Shown: positions 16,688 to 26,779, counted from the stretch's first letter. The stretch: 64,000 nucleotides of DNA from Bryobacteraceae bacterium (GCA_964201715.1 CAXNGH010000005.1:25665-89664); one strand, 5' to 3'. Translations and numbers: made by a program. Notes: a model not told the origin generated them from the letters alone.

Positions 16688-17953
16688 ATGCTCACTGATC
16701 ACTCCTCCGACGAATTCAACCCCTGGCGCAATGCCGAGATCCGTTTCAACCAGGCGGCCGATCGGCTCGCCCTCGACAGCGGTCTGCGCAAGGTGCTCAA
16801 AACCCCAACAAAAGAACTCACCGTGGCGATTCCGGTGGTGCTCGACGATGGCCGGATTGAGGTCTTCACCGGCTATCGAGTCCAGCATTCGATCGCTCGC
16901 GGCCCGGCCAAAGGCGGCATCCGCTATGCGCCGGACGTTACCCTCGACGAGGTCCGCGCTCTCGCCTCGTGGATGACCTGGAAATGCGCGGTTGTCAATC
17001 TGCCCTACGGCGGCGGCAAAGGCGGGGTGATCTGCGACCCCAACATCATGTCCGAGATTGAGCTCGAGCGCGTGACCCGACGCTACACCTCGGCCATTAT
17101 CGACATCATCGGACCGGAGAAAGACGTGCCCGCTCCGGACATGAATACGAACGAGCGGACCATGGCCTGGATCATGGACACCTATTCGATGCACAAGCGC
17201 GAAACGACCACCGCCGTCGTCACCGGCAAGCCGCTGAACCTGGGTGGCTCGCGCGGTCGTCCAGAAGCCACCGGCCGCGGCTGCCTGTTTGTGACAAAGG
17301 AAGCTCTCAAGGCCTTCAACATCCCGCCGACGAAGGCTCGCGTCGTCATCCAAGGCTTCGGCAACGTCGGCGGCATGGCCGCCCGGTTGATGGCCAAGGA
17401 AGGCATTCGAGTGATCGCCATCATCGAGGTGGACGGTGCCGTCTACAACGAAACCGGCCTGGACATCGAGGCTTTGATGAAGCATAAAAAGGCGACCGGC
17501 TCTATTCTCGACTTCGCCGAAGGAACCAACTTGACCGCGTCCGAAGCGCTGTTTCTGGACTGCGACGTTCTGCTGCCGGCGGCGAAAGAGAATGTGATCT
17601 CGCAGGAGACGGCTCCGAAGATCAACTGCAAAATCCTCTGCGAAGGCGCCAACGGCCCGACCACGGCCTTGGCCGATAGCATTCTGCGCGACCGTGGAGT
17701 CTTCGTGATTCCGGACATTCTCGCCAACGCCGGCGGCGTGACGGTTTCGTACTTCGAGTGGGTCCAGGACCGCCAGGGCTACTTCTGGAACGAGCAACTG
17801 GTGAACCAGCGCCTGGAGGAGATCATGGTGGAGAGCTTCCGTGACGTCTCGCAATACGCTCGCGACCACAAAGTCGACAACCGGGCGGCGGCGTACATGC
17901 TGGCGCTCGATCGGGTCGCCTTCGCCGTGAAACTCCGCGGAATCTACGCATAG
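16688..17953 (+). CDS. gdh: NAD(P)-specific glutamate dehydrogenase (Glu/Leu/Phe/Val dehydrogenase family)
   Basis: Start at the internal ATG 16688 ([13 protein letters not shown]...). Motifs: [43 protein letters not shown] (catalytic Lys box) and the GFGNVGG Rossmann motif. Confidence 0.9.
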   Translation: MLTDHSSDEFNPWRNAEIRFNQAADRLALDSGLRKVLKTPTKELTVAIPVVLDDGRIEVFTGYRVQHSIARGPAKGGIRYAPDVTLDEVRALASWMTWKCAVVNLPYGGGKGGVICDPNIMSEIELERVTRRYTSAIIDIIGPEKDVPAPDMNTNERTMAWIMDTYSMHKRETTTAVVTGKPLNLGGSRGRPEATGRGCLFVTKEALKAFNIPPTKARVVIQGFGNVGGMAARLMAKEGIRVIAIIEVDGAVYNETGLDIEALMKHKKATGSILDFAEGTNLTASEALFLDCDVLLPAAKENVISQETAPKINCKILCEGANGPTTALADSILRDRGVFVIPDILANAGGVTVSYFEWVQDRQGYFWNEQLVNQRLEEIMVESFRDVSQYARDHKVDNRAAAYMLALDRVAFAVKLRGIYA

Positions 17954-17955
17954 GA

Positions 17956-20481
17956 ATGGCAGCCGAAATTTCGCCGTTGATGCGGCAGTACCACAGTATT
18001 AAAGAGCAGGTCCCCGGGGCGCTGCTCTTTTTCCGGATGGGCGATTTCTATGAGCTTTTCATGGACGACGCCGTCATCGCGGCCCGCGAACTCGAGATCA
18101 CGCTCACGTCCAGGAACAAGGACGCCGAGCAGCCGATCCCCATGGCCGGAGTGCCTTATCACGCGGCCGATGGCTACCTGGTTCGCTTGATCGCCAAAGG
18201 TTTTCGGGTCGCGATCTGCGAGCAGATGGAGCCGCCAAGCGCCGGCAAGAAAATCGTCCGCCGGGAGATCACCCGGATCATCACGCCGGGTACGGCGACC
18301 GACGCGAACATGCTGCGGAGCCGGGAGAATAACTACTTGGCCGCCGTGATGCGGAAGGGCAATCGGGCGGGCTTGGCCTACGTCGATATCTCGACCGGAG
18401 AGTTCCGTTCGACCGAGTTGCCACTCGAAGAGATCGCCCCGCAACTGGAAAGCCTGAACGTTCGCGAGGTGCTGGCGGCGACCGGCGTCGAGTGGGCCGG
18501 GGTCCGCGTGCGGACCGATCTGGAAGCCTGGATCTTCGACACTGACTACGCGAGCCGGACGCTGCGGGAACACTTCACGCTGCTGTCGCTCGATGGCTGC
18601 GGACTCGGGGATAAGCCGCTGGCGACGGGCGCGGCGGGGGCTGTGCTGCACTACCTGCGCGATACGCAGCGGTCCGCGCTGGGCCATCTGGATCGACCGA
18701 CCTACTTTGACCGTAACGAGGCGATGGTGCTGGACTCGGTGACGGTGCGGAACCTGGAACTGGTGGAACCGCTGTTCGCGGGAGAAACCAAGGAGTCGAC
18801 GTTGGTCCACGTGCTGGACGAGACGATGACGGGCATGGGCGGGCGCTTGCTGCGCCGCAGACTGCTGCGGCCATCCGTGCAGCGGGACGAGATTGAAACC
18901 CGGCTGGACGCCGTGCAGGCGCTGCTGCAGGATACGATTTTGCGAACGGAGCTGCGGAAGGTACTCGGCTCGATTCTTGACCTGGAGCGGTTGTTGGCCA
19001 AGGTTACGCTGGGCACGGCGACGCCGCGGGAGATGTCTGCCTTGGGCAACTCGCTCGGGAAGATTCCCGCTCTGAACCGGCTGGTGGACGAAGCCCGTTT
19101 CGACGAAGTGGCCGATGTCCGGGAACGGATTCTGGCGACGATTGCCGACGATCCGCCGCTGAACCTGACCGACGGCGGAACCATTCGCGACGGCATTTCG
19201 GCGGACCTCGATCAGCTGCGGGACATCAGCCGGAACTCGAAGCAGTACATTGCGGCCATCGAGACGCGAGAACGGAGCCGGACGGGAATCAGCTCGTTGA
19301 AGGTTCGGTTTAATAACGTTTTCGGATACTACCTGGAGATCTCGAAGGCGAACATGGATCGCGTGCCGGCCGACTACGACCGGAAGCAGACGCTCGTCAA
19401 TGCCGAGCGGTTTACTACCCCGGAGCTGAAGGAGCTGGAGAGCAAGATCCTCGACGCCGAGGATAAGATTCTGACGATTGAGCGGGAGCTGTTCACCGCC
19501 GTCCGCAGCTTTGCGGCCGAGCAGGCCGAGCGGATCCGGCTGGCGGCGAACGCGGTGGCCGAACTCGACGTGACTGCGGGCTTGGCGCAGGTGGCAGCGC
19601 AGAACCGCTACGTGCGGCCGGCGTTCACCGCTAGCGGGGAACTGCGGATTGTGGCCGGGCGGCATCCGGTGATCGAGAAGCTGGCCGAACGGGACGCTCA
19701 GCGGTTCATCCCGAACGACGTTTCGCTCGACGCGGGACACGAGTTTTTGGGGCTGATCACGGGGCCGAATATGGGCGGTAAATCGACCTATTTGCGGCAG
19801 ACGGCGCTGATCTCGATTCTGGCCCAGATGGGCTCCTATGTGCCGGCGCAGGCGGCGACGCTGCCGGTAGTGGACCGCGTGTTTACGCGCATCGGGGCGG
19901 CCGATAACCTGGCGCGGGGCCGGAGCACGTTCATGGTCGAGATGACCGAGACGGCGGTGATTCTGAACACGGCCACCAAGAACAGCCTGATCATCCTGGA
20001 CGAGATTGGCCGGGGCACGGCGACCTACGATGGCTTGGCGCTGGCGTGGGCGGTGGTCGAACACATCCACGAGAAGATCGGGGCGCGGACGCTATTCGCG
20101 ACGCACTACCACGAGTTGACCGTGTTGGCCGAACGGCTGCGCGGCGTGGCGAATCTGCATGTTTCGGTGAAGGAAGCAGGGGACCAGATCATCTTCCTGC
20201 GGCGGGTGGAGCCCGGGGCGGCCGATAAGAGCTACGGGATCGAAGTGGCGCGGCTGGCTGCGTTGCCGGCGACGGTGATCGAGCGGGCCCGCGAAATTTT
20301 GGCGGTGCATGAACAGGTGGAAGAGACGGTGGTCGCGCCGAAGCAGGCGCCGATGCAGATTCGTTTGTTCGAGCCGCTGACGGGAGATTTGGCGCAGCGG
20401 ATTCGAGCTTTGAAGCTGGACGAACTGCGGCCGATTGAAGCGCTGCAGATTTTGGCCAGCTTGCAGAAGGAGTTGCAGTAG
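17956..20481 (+). CDS. mutS: DNA mismatch repair protein MutS
   Basis: 841 aa with MRQYHSIKEQVPGALLFFRMGDFYELF, the Walker A ITGPNMGGKSTYLRQ, STFMVEMTE and DEIGRGTATYDGLALAWA. Confidence 0.95.
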   Translation: MAAEISPLMRQYHSIKEQVPGALLFFRMGDFYELFMDDAVIAARELEITLTSRNKDAEQPIPMAGVPYHAADGYLVRLIAKGFRVAICEQMEPPSAGKKIVRREITRIITPGTATDANMLRSRENNYLAAVMRKGNRAGLAYVDISTGEFRSTELPLEEIAPQLESLNVREVLAATGVEWAGVRVRTDLEAWIFDTDYASRTLREHFTLLSLDGCGLGDKPLATGAAGAVLHYLRDTQRSALGHLDRPTYFDRNEAMVLDSVTVRNLELVEPLFAGETKESTLVHVLDETMTGMGGRLLRRRLLRPSVQRDEIETRLDAVQALLQDTILRTELRKVLGSILDLERLLAKVTLGTATPREMSALGNSLGKIPALNRLVDEARFDEVADVRERILATIADDPPLNLTDGGTIRDGISADLDQLRDISRNSKQYIAAIETRERSRTGISSLKVRFNNVFGYYLEISKANMDRVPADYDRKQTLVNAERFTTPELKELESKILDAEDKILTIERELFTAVRSFAAEQAERIRLAANAVAELDVTAGLAQVAAQNRYVRPAFTASGELRIVAGRHPVIEKLAERDAQRFIPNDVSLDAGHEFLGLITGPNMGGKSTYLRQTALISILAQMGSYVPAQAATLPVVDRVFTRIGAADNLARGRSTFMVEMTETAVILNTATKNSLIILDEIGRGTATYDGLALAWAVVEHIHEKIGARTLFATHYHELTVLAERLRGVANLHVSVKEAGDQIIFLRRVEPGAADKSYGIEVARLAALPATVIERAREILAVHEQVEETVVAPKQAPMQIRLFEPLTGDLAQRIRALKLDELRPIEALQILASLQKELQ

Positions 20482-21528
20482 ATGCGCGTGGCCGGGATCA
20501 TGAGCGGTACCTCGCTCGACGGGATCAGCGTGGCGGTGGTCGAGTTTTCCAAAGGCGGATGGACGCTGCTGGAGCACATCGACGTGCCGTATACGAAGGC
20601 GACGCGCGGGGGGCTGCTGAGCATTTCGAACGCGCCGACGCATACGGCGGAGATCGCCCGGTGGAACTTCCGGCTCGGCGAACTGTACGCCAAGGCGATG
20701 GGGAAGTTGCGGACGCCGGTGGACCTGATCGGCTGCCATGGGCAGACAGTGTTTCACGAAAAGGGCTGCACGTTGCAGTTGGGCGAGGCGGCGATTTTGG
20801 CCGAGCGGACGGGGAAGCCAGTGGTTTCAAATTTTCGACCGCGGGATATCGCGGCCGGGGGGCAGGGCGCGCCGCTCGTCCCGTTTGTCGACGACCTGCT
20901 GTTTCGGCATAAGAAGCTGCGGCGGGTGGCGCTGAACATTGGCGGTATCGCGAATGTGACGGTGCTTGAGCCGGGCCGGGACGCGGTGGCGTTCGATACC
21001 GGGCCTGGGAACATGGTGATCGACCAGTTGGCTTGGGTGGTTTCGAAGGGCAAACAGACCTACGATCGGGGGGCGAAGTTAGCGCGGCAGGGGGAGGTGA
21101 ACCGGGCTTTGCTGGCCGACCTGCTGGCGGCTCCGTACTTCAAAAAGCCGGCCCCGAAGAGCTGTGGGCGGGAGCAGTATGGCCGCGAGTTTGTGGCCGG
21201 GCTCTTGGCGACGCAGGTTCCGCTGCTGGATTTGATGGCGACGGCGACGGCGTTGACGGCGGCATCGATCGCGGCGAGTGTGGCAGTGGCGGAAGAGTTG
21301 ATCGCGGCGGGCGGCGGGACGTTGAACCCGATGATCATGGCGCATTTGGCGGCGCTGCTGCCGGGGACGCGAGTGACGACGACGGCCGAATTCGGGATCC
21401 CGGTGATGGCGAAGGAGGCGGTCGCGTTTGCGATGCTGGCGCGGCAGACGTGGCTGCGGCGGCCGGGAAATCTACCTTCGGCGACGGGGGCGCGGCGGGC
21501 GGTGATTTTGGGGCAGATCACGCCATAA
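20482..21528 (+). CDS. anmK: Anhydro-N-acetylmuramic acid kinase
   Basis: 348 aa. It has the characteristic N-terminus MRVAGIMSGTSLDGISVAVV, plus IGCHGQTVFH and LNIGGIAN. Confidence 0.9.
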   Translation: MRVAGIMSGTSLDGISVAVVEFSKGGWTLLEHIDVPYTKATRGGLLSISNAPTHTAEIARWNFRLGELYAKAMGKLRTPVDLIGCHGQTVFHEKGCTLQLGEAAILAERTGKPVVSNFRPRDIAAGGQGAPLVPFVDDLLFRHKKLRRVALNIGGIANVTVLEPGRDAVAFDTGPGNMVIDQLAWVVSKGKQTYDRGAKLARQGEVNRALLADLLAAPYFKKPAPKSCGREQYGREFVAGLLATQVPLLDLMATATALTAASIAASVAVAEELIAAGGGTLNPMIMAHLAALLPGTRVTTTAEFGIPVMAKEAVAFAMLARQTWLRRPGNLPSATGARRAVILGQITP

Positions 21529-21535
21529 TGGCGGT

Positions 21536-21952
21536 ATGCGTATTTTTTTGATTACCCTGATGACGGCGGCGATGGCCTTTGCCGGTGCCGAAGACGATGT
21601 GAAGAAGGCCGAGCAGGCCTGGGCCGACGGCATCACCAAAAACGACTTTGCGGCCTTGAATGTGGTGTTGGCCGATGACCTGCACTATTTGCATTCGACC
21701 GGTTTGGTGGATTCGAAGGCCGCCTATATGGAATCGATGAAGAGCGGCAAGCAGAAGTACATTTCGGTGAAGTACGGCCAGATGAAGGTTCGGGTGTATG
21801 GCAGCGCGGCGGTGGTGAACGCCGATGCGATGGTGGCGTACACGACCGACGGCAAGGGCGGGACGAACCATTTAGCGTTCACGCACGTGTTTGCGAAGAA
21901 GGGTGGAAAGTGGCAACTGGTGAGCCACCAGTCGTTACGGCTAGAGAAGTAG
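21536..21952 (+). CDS. Secreted NTF2-fold protein (DUF4440/SnoaL-like)
   Basis: 138 aa with a signal peptide (MRIFLITLMTAAMAFAGA). KAEQAWADGITKNDFAALNVVLADDLHYLHSTG...FTHVFAKKGGKWQLVSHQ is the typical DUF4440 pattern. Confidence 0.75.
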   Translation: MRIFLITLMTAAMAFAGAEDDVKKAEQAWADGITKNDFAALNVVLADDLHYLHSTGLVDSKAAYMESMKSGKQKYISVKYGQMKVRVYGSAAVVNADAMVAYTTDGKGGTNHLAFTHVFAKKGGKWQLVSHQSLRLEK

Positions 21953-22009
21953 ATCCGGCGAGATCCATTGACGGCGGGCTTGGTGGGAAAGGACTACGTC
22001 AAACGAGTA

Positions 22010-22356
22010 TTATTTCTTGAAGAGCCCGCTGTTGGGGCCGTACTCGGCTACCACGGCGTTAACGGCAGCCAGGCGGGAAAGGGCTGGGGGAAGGGCCTCA
22101 GCGACGCGCTCGGCCCAGAAACTGGTGGGGGTTTCATGATGGCCGGAGTCGTCGGTGTTTGGGCCTCCGGTTGCTTCGTTGTAGTGGGGGATGGCGGCGC
22201 GGAGGCGGTCGAGGGCGGTGGTGAGATTCTCCCTGAGCCAGGCGGCGGCGACCGACGGATGGGCGGCGTGTGTGCACGCGGATTTGGGGAGCGTTCCGGC
22301 GAGGAACGGAAAGCGAGCTCGTCGATTTGTGATTCCGATTCGAAAGCAGAATGCAT
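22010..22356 (-). pseudogene. Small conserved hypothetical (GxHETxTxFW type), start and body in different frames
   Basis: The protein-like frame ...KSACTHAAHPSVAAAWLRENLTTALDRLRAAIPHYNEATGGPNTDDSGHHETPTSFWAERVAEAL...GLFKK* has no ATG/GTG/TTG. The only ATG (comp. 22354-22356, MHSAFESESQIDELAFRSSPERSP) is in another frame. The frames meet at the plus-strand G4 run at 22286-22289. Confidence 0.35.
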
Positions 22357-22500
22357 AGTTGTGTTATGAAACAGACGTCAACGGATGTGTCTGAGTTCGA
22401 GTAGAAATTATTGAAGCTACTTTCAGTGCAAGCGCGTGCGCCGGAGGAGCGGAGAGAGTGGGGTTGGGGAGGGTGAAGTCGGCTCCAGTGCAGCCCGGGT

Positions 22501-23550
22501 TTGTATGATGGGGATATGTTTTTTGCAAAGGAATTGGCGGGGGAGCCTCCGCTGGAGCGAGAGACGGCGAGGCGATTGTTTGCCGTCGCGGTTCACTTGT
22601 TTCAGGTTCGATTTTGGGAATTGATGCCGGAGGTCCGGGTTGTGGCCTGCGGCGAGGAGGAGCTGTTTTACCTGAATGCGACCGGGATGCTGGGTGGTTT
22701 CCTGTCGCTGACGGTGTACCGAGGATCGCGAGGACTGGCCGTCTTGAACCGGGTTCGGCGCCAGGAGTACCGTTGGGCAGGGGAGATGCTGGTCGAGCAG
22801 GATTTCTTGCGATTGCGATTTACGTGGCGGGGCGATTTGCGGCGCGCTGACTTGAAGATGCTGCACGAGTTAGGTTTGCCGAAGGGTAAGGTGGACATGG
22901 TGCCGGAGTTTTCCTCGGCGCGCCCGGGCTTTCTGGATTGGCATGTCAACAACGACGAAGGCTTGGTGCTGGCAAAAGCGCTGGAGGTGTTCGCTGACTT
23001 TTTGAAGCAATCGGAGGGGATTGATCCGATGCGCTTTTGGCCGTTTCCGGAGTCGTGTCCGTGGCTGCGATTTGGTTCCGACGGATTGGTGAGGGTGGAG
23101 CAGGTTCCTCTTGCAACGGTGGCGTTGCCGAAGGGTGGGGAGGAGTGGGTGCCTCCGACGGGCTGGCCCCCAATGGGGATGAAGCGGCGAGGGACGTGGG
23201 AGTTAGGATCCTTCCACCCGATGGCACCAATCGGTAAGCCGAAAGAGCGCAAATGGATCCCGCGACTGAGCTTGGCGGTGGATTCGCAAACTGGTGCGGT
23301 ATTGCACCATGCGCTGGGCCCGGCGACGGGTCAAGCGGCGGCGGGGTTGTGGGCGGCGCTGGTTGCGGCGGCGGAAAAGGTTGGCCATTTGCCGAGCCGG
23401 TTGCGCGTCTATGATGAGGCGAGCGAAGCGATTTTCCGGAGCGCCGGGTTCGACGTGGAACGGCCAGCGGAGATGCGCGCTTTCGAACAGTCGCGCGCTG
23501 GCATCTGCGAGATGATGGGTGACGTTGCTCTGGGCGGGGGTCCGTTCTAG
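22501..23550 (+). CDS. Hypothetical protein (two-domain DUF-type); alternative start at 22516
   Basis: 349 aa with ordinary composition and G-ending codons appropriate for a plus-strand gene here. I found no recognisable catalytic motif. Confidence 0.6.
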   Translation: MYDGDMFFAKELAGEPPLERETARRLFAVAVHLFQVRFWELMPEVRVVACGEEELFYLNATGMLGGFLSLTVYRGSRGLAVLNRVRRQEYRWAGEMLVEQDFLRLRFTWRGDLRRADLKMLHELGLPKGKVDMVPEFSSARPGFLDWHVNNDEGLVLAKALEVFADFLKQSEGIDPMRFWPFPESCPWLRFGSDGLVRVEQVPLATVALPKGGEEWVPPTGWPPMGMKRRGTWELGSFHPMAPIGKPKERKWIPRLSLAVDSQTGAVLHHALGPATGQAAAGLWAALVAAAEKVGHLPSRLRVYDEASEAIFRSAGFDVERPAEMRAFEQSRAGICEMMGDVALGGGPF

Positions 23551-26500
23551 AAGAGTAGCTTCAGGCCCATTTGAACGCGGCGCGGTTCGTCGGCGCTGTT
23601 AATGGTACCGACGTTTTGGGGGGTGGAGATGTTCGCGGCCGGCAGGCCGAAGTTGGCCGTGTTTGTGGCGTTGAATGCCTCGGCGCGGAACTGAAGGCGG
23701 AAACGATCGGTGATGCCGAACGTCTTCGCGAGCGAGAAATCGATGTTGCGGAGCCAAGGGCCGCTGAGGATGTTGCGGCCGGAATTTCCGTACGTGAAGT
23801 TGGGCTGGACGACGAAGTCGGAGATATTGAACCAACGGTCGATGGTGGGGCTGGAAGAGATTCCGGAGCCGATGCGGTTGGGCCGATCGGCACCGCCGGC
23901 GTTGGTGATGCCGCCGGAAGTTCCGACGGTGAAGGGGAGGCCGCTGCGGAGGCTGAGAATGCCGCCGACCTGCCATCCGCCTAGAATGCGGTTGCCCTTA
24001 AAGATGGGCAGTTCGTAGTTGGAGCTGAAGACGTAATTGTGACGAACGTCGGTGAGGGAGCGACCGCGGTTGAGGTTGCGATCCCAGGGCTTGAGGCCGG
24101 CACCGCCGCCGGCGTTGTTCAAGTTTTCGTCTACGTTGTCGAGGGTTTTGGACCAGGTGTAGGCAGACAGAAACGTGAGGCCTTTGGAGAAGCGTTTTTC
24201 GAGCTTGAGGGTCATCGCGTTGTAGCTGAGACGGCCGACGGGGAGTTGGCGATTGATGCTGTTATAAAAGGGCAATAGGCGGCGGGAGGCGATGGGCGTG
24301 GGGCCGGGGGCGAGATCGTACGGCAGGTTGAAATCGACGCCGCTGAGCATTTGGCGGGTGCCGTTGCCGTTGTAGCCGACGGTGAGGACGGTGTTAAAGG
24401 GCAGTTCGCGTTGGATATCGGCAAACCACTGCTGCGAATACTGGGTGGGGAGGAAGGCTTGTGAGGCTTCGACACCGACGAGGGCGGGGCCGGGGACGGT
24501 GGTGGCGGGGAGTTGGACGGCGGGGAAACCGTCCTTCAGAATCAAGCGGGCGTTGATGCGGTCGAGGGTGCCGAAGCCGATTTCCACGAAGTCGGGGGCC
24601 TGGTTTTGGCCGCGGGACCATTGGGTTTGAATGGCGTCGGCCTGGGCGTAGATGACGCCGAAGCCGGAGCGGAAGACGGTTTTGGGGTTGGCACGATAGG
24701 CGAGGCCGACGCGGGGGGCGAAGTTGTTTTTGTCATTACGGCAGGCGCAGTTGCCGATGCCGAGGCGAGTTTGTTGGAGGCGGGCGTTGGGGCCGGTGTT
24801 GGAGAGGTCGAGGGCGAAGTTGGTGACGTTGTCGTTGACGAAGGTGGGGGCGTAGAAGATGTCGTAACGGACGCCGAGGTTGAGGGTGAGTTTGGGGGTG
24901 AGTTTCCAATCGTCCTGGAGGTAAGCGGCGAGGGTGTTGGACCAGAGGTCTTCGCCGTTTTCATTACCGATGGTGCCGCCGGCGGCGAGGCCGAGCATCA
25001 TTTCGGCGAGTCCGTCGCCGGTGGCGCCGCGGTTGGCGGGGTTGGCGGTGAACTCGCGATTGAAGGCGAACTGGCCGCGGGCGAAGCGGGAGGCCAGGCG
25101 GGAGATGTTCTGCCGCCGGAACTCGCCGCCGAAGCGGACGTTGTGTTTGCCGATGATTTTATAGACGGTGTCGGTGAACTGGAAGAGATCGAGATTGTTG
25201 ACGTTGGGCCAGAAGCTGCGGGTGCCGAGTTCGGCGTAGCCGGCGGGCGAGAAGCGGCTGAGGCCGTGGTCGTTGGAGCTGGCTTGGCTTACTTTGGGGA
25301 TACCCTTGATGCCGAATTCGGCGAAGAGGGATTTGTCGTAGGGGACGTCGAAGCGGCTGAGGGTGCGGGTCCAGCCGAAACGGAACTCGTTGGTGGCGGA
25401 GGTGCCGATGGTTTGGGAGTGGGTGGCGGCGATGGAGTGGCTGGTGAGCTTGGTCGTCGTTGCGAGGCCGCCATCAGCGGGGAGGGGAAGGGGGCCGGGT
25501 TCGAAGCGGTCGCGGTCGCGGCGGGAGTAGCGGGCGGAGAAGCGGCTGCGGTCGTTGAAGTTGTGGTCGCCCTTAAAGTCGTAGGTGTCGACGTCGTTGG
25601 ATTCGGTGGGGGAGTAGAAGTAGTTGTTGGCTAGCTTCGAATTGTCGGTGGGGACGGGATAGAGGTTGATGAGTTTGGCGGCGAGTGGGTCCCAGCGGTT
25701 GAGGGGGACGATGTTGCCGGGGAAGGGTAGGCGGGTGAAGCTGGCGGGGGTGCCGACGGTGGTGGCGGGGTCGAAGACGGGGCGGATGCGGTTGAAGTCG
25801 CCGTTACGGACTTCGAGAGGGGGGACGGTGGGGTTGAAGCTGCGACCGAGACGGGTGCGGGTGCCTTCGAAGCTGGCGAAATAGAACGTTTTGTCCTTGA
25901 TGACGGGACCGCCGACGGTGCCGCCGAACTGGTTCTGTTTATAGGTTGGTTTTTGGGCTCCGCTGCGGTTGGCGAAGAAGTTGGTGCCGTCCATGGCGGA
26001 GTTGCGGAGGAATTCAAAGGCGGTGCCGTGGATTTGGTTGGTGCCGCTTTTGATATTGACGAAGACTTGGCCGCCCATGCGGTTGCCGAATTCGGCGGAG
26101 AGGTTGTTGGTGACGACGCGGAACTCGCCGACGGCGTCGACGCTGGGCTTGACGGCTTGGGCTTCGTAGCCGAGGGGGCCGCCGGAGGCGACCGAGGAGT
26201 TATCGACGCCATCAATATTGATTTGGAGTTGGTAGCCGTGTTGGCCACCGGCGGAGAAGCCGCCTTCGTCTTCGGTGCGGCCGCCGCGGGCGGAGACGGT
26301 GCCGGCTGTGAGAGCGGCGAGGTCGAGGAAGTTGCGGCCGTTGAGGGGGAGTTCGACGATGCGTTTGTTGTCGATGACCTGGCCGACGGTGGTGGTTTCC
26401 GAGTCGACCTGGGCGGCGGCGGCGGAGACTTCGATGCTTTCGGTGACGGTGCCGGTTTTGAGCTGGAAATCGATGCGGGCGGTTTGGGTGACGTCGAGCT

Positions 26501-26765
26501 TGATTTCGGGGACTTCGGATTTGGCGAAGCCGGGCTTGGAGGCGGTGATTTTGTAGCGCCCGACGGGGAGGGTGGGGGCGGTATAGAAGCCCTCGGCGTT
26601 GGTGAGGACTTCGCGACGGAAGCCGGTATCGAGGTTGAAAATGTAGACCTGGGCGGCGGTGATGACCGCGTCGGTCGGATCCTTTACCACACCTTGGATG
26701 GTGCCGCTCTGCGCGAACATTACGCTACTGAGCAAAAAGAGAATACAAGCTAACCTGAAAAGCAT
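23547..26765 (-). CDS. TonB-dependent receptor with N-terminal carboxypeptidase-regulatory-like domain
   Basis: 1072 aa. Signal peptide MLFRLACILFLLSSVMFAQ, then SGTIQGVVKDPTDAVI...GRYKITASKPGFAK (CarboxypepD_reg), a plug region (LPLNGRNFLDLA), and a C-terminal barrel ending ...RRVQMGLKLLF (terminal Phe). Confidence 0.9.
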   Translation of the reverse strand: MLFRLACILFLLSSVMFAQSGTIQGVVKDPTDAVITAAQVYIFNLDTGFRREVLTNAEGFYTAPTLPVGRYKITASKPGFAKSEVPEIKLDVTQTARIDFQLKTGTVTESIEVSAAAAQVDSETTTVGQVIDNKRIVELPLNGRNFLDLAALTAGTVSARGGRTEDEGGFSAGGQHGYQLQINIDGVDNSSVASGGPLGYEAQAVKPSVDAVGEFRVVTNNLSAEFGNRMGGQVFVNIKSGTNQIHGTAFEFLRNSAMDGTNFFANRSGAQKPTYKQNQFGGTVGGPVIKDKTFYFASFEGTRTRLGRSFNPTVPPLEVRNGDFNRIRPVFDPATTVGTPASFTRLPFPGNIVPLNRWDPLAAKLINLYPVPTDNSKLANNYFYSPTESNDVDTYDFKGDHNFNDRSRFSARYSRRDRDRFEPGPLPLPADGGLATTTKLTSHSIAATHSQTIGTSATNEFRFGWTRTLSRFDVPYDKSLFAEFGIKGIPKVSQASSNDHGLSRFSPAGYAELGTRSFWPNVNNLDLFQFTDTVYKIIGKHNVRFGGEFRRQNISRLASRFARGQFAFNREFTANPANRGATGDGLAEMMLGLAAGGTIGNENGEDLWSNTLAAYLQDDWKLTPKLTLNLGVRYDIFYAPTFVNDNVTNFALDLSNTGPNARLQQTRLGIGNCACRNDKNNFAPRVGLAYRANPKTVFRSGFGVIYAQADAIQTQWSRGQNQAPDFVEIGFGTLDRINARLILKDGFPAVQLPATTVPGPALVGVEASQAFLPTQYSQQWFADIQRELPFNTVLTVGYNGNGTRQMLSGVDFNLPYDLAPGPTPIASRRLLPFYNSINRQLPVGRLSYNAMTLKLEKRFSKGLTFLSAYTWSKTLDNVDENLNNAGGGAGLKPWDRNLNRGRSLTDVRHNYVFSSNYELPIFKGNRILGGWQVGGILSLRSGLPFTVGTSGGITNAGGADRPNRIGSGISSSPTIDRWFNISDFVVQPNFTYGNSGRNILSGPWLRNIDFSLAKTFGITDRFRLQFRAEAFNATNTANFGLPAANISTPQNVGTINSADEPRRVQMGLKLLF

Positions 26766-26779
26766 CGTTACACTATTAT

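Noticed and set aside
17944-20070. 708-aa minus-strand ORF (also 16487-17869, 460 aa) overlapping mutS/gdh
   Set aside because: It is antisense to genes with unmistakable motifs. The translation is R/P/Q/H-rich with no motifs. The extreme third-position bias of the real genes suppresses stops in the opposite frame, producing shadow ORFs.
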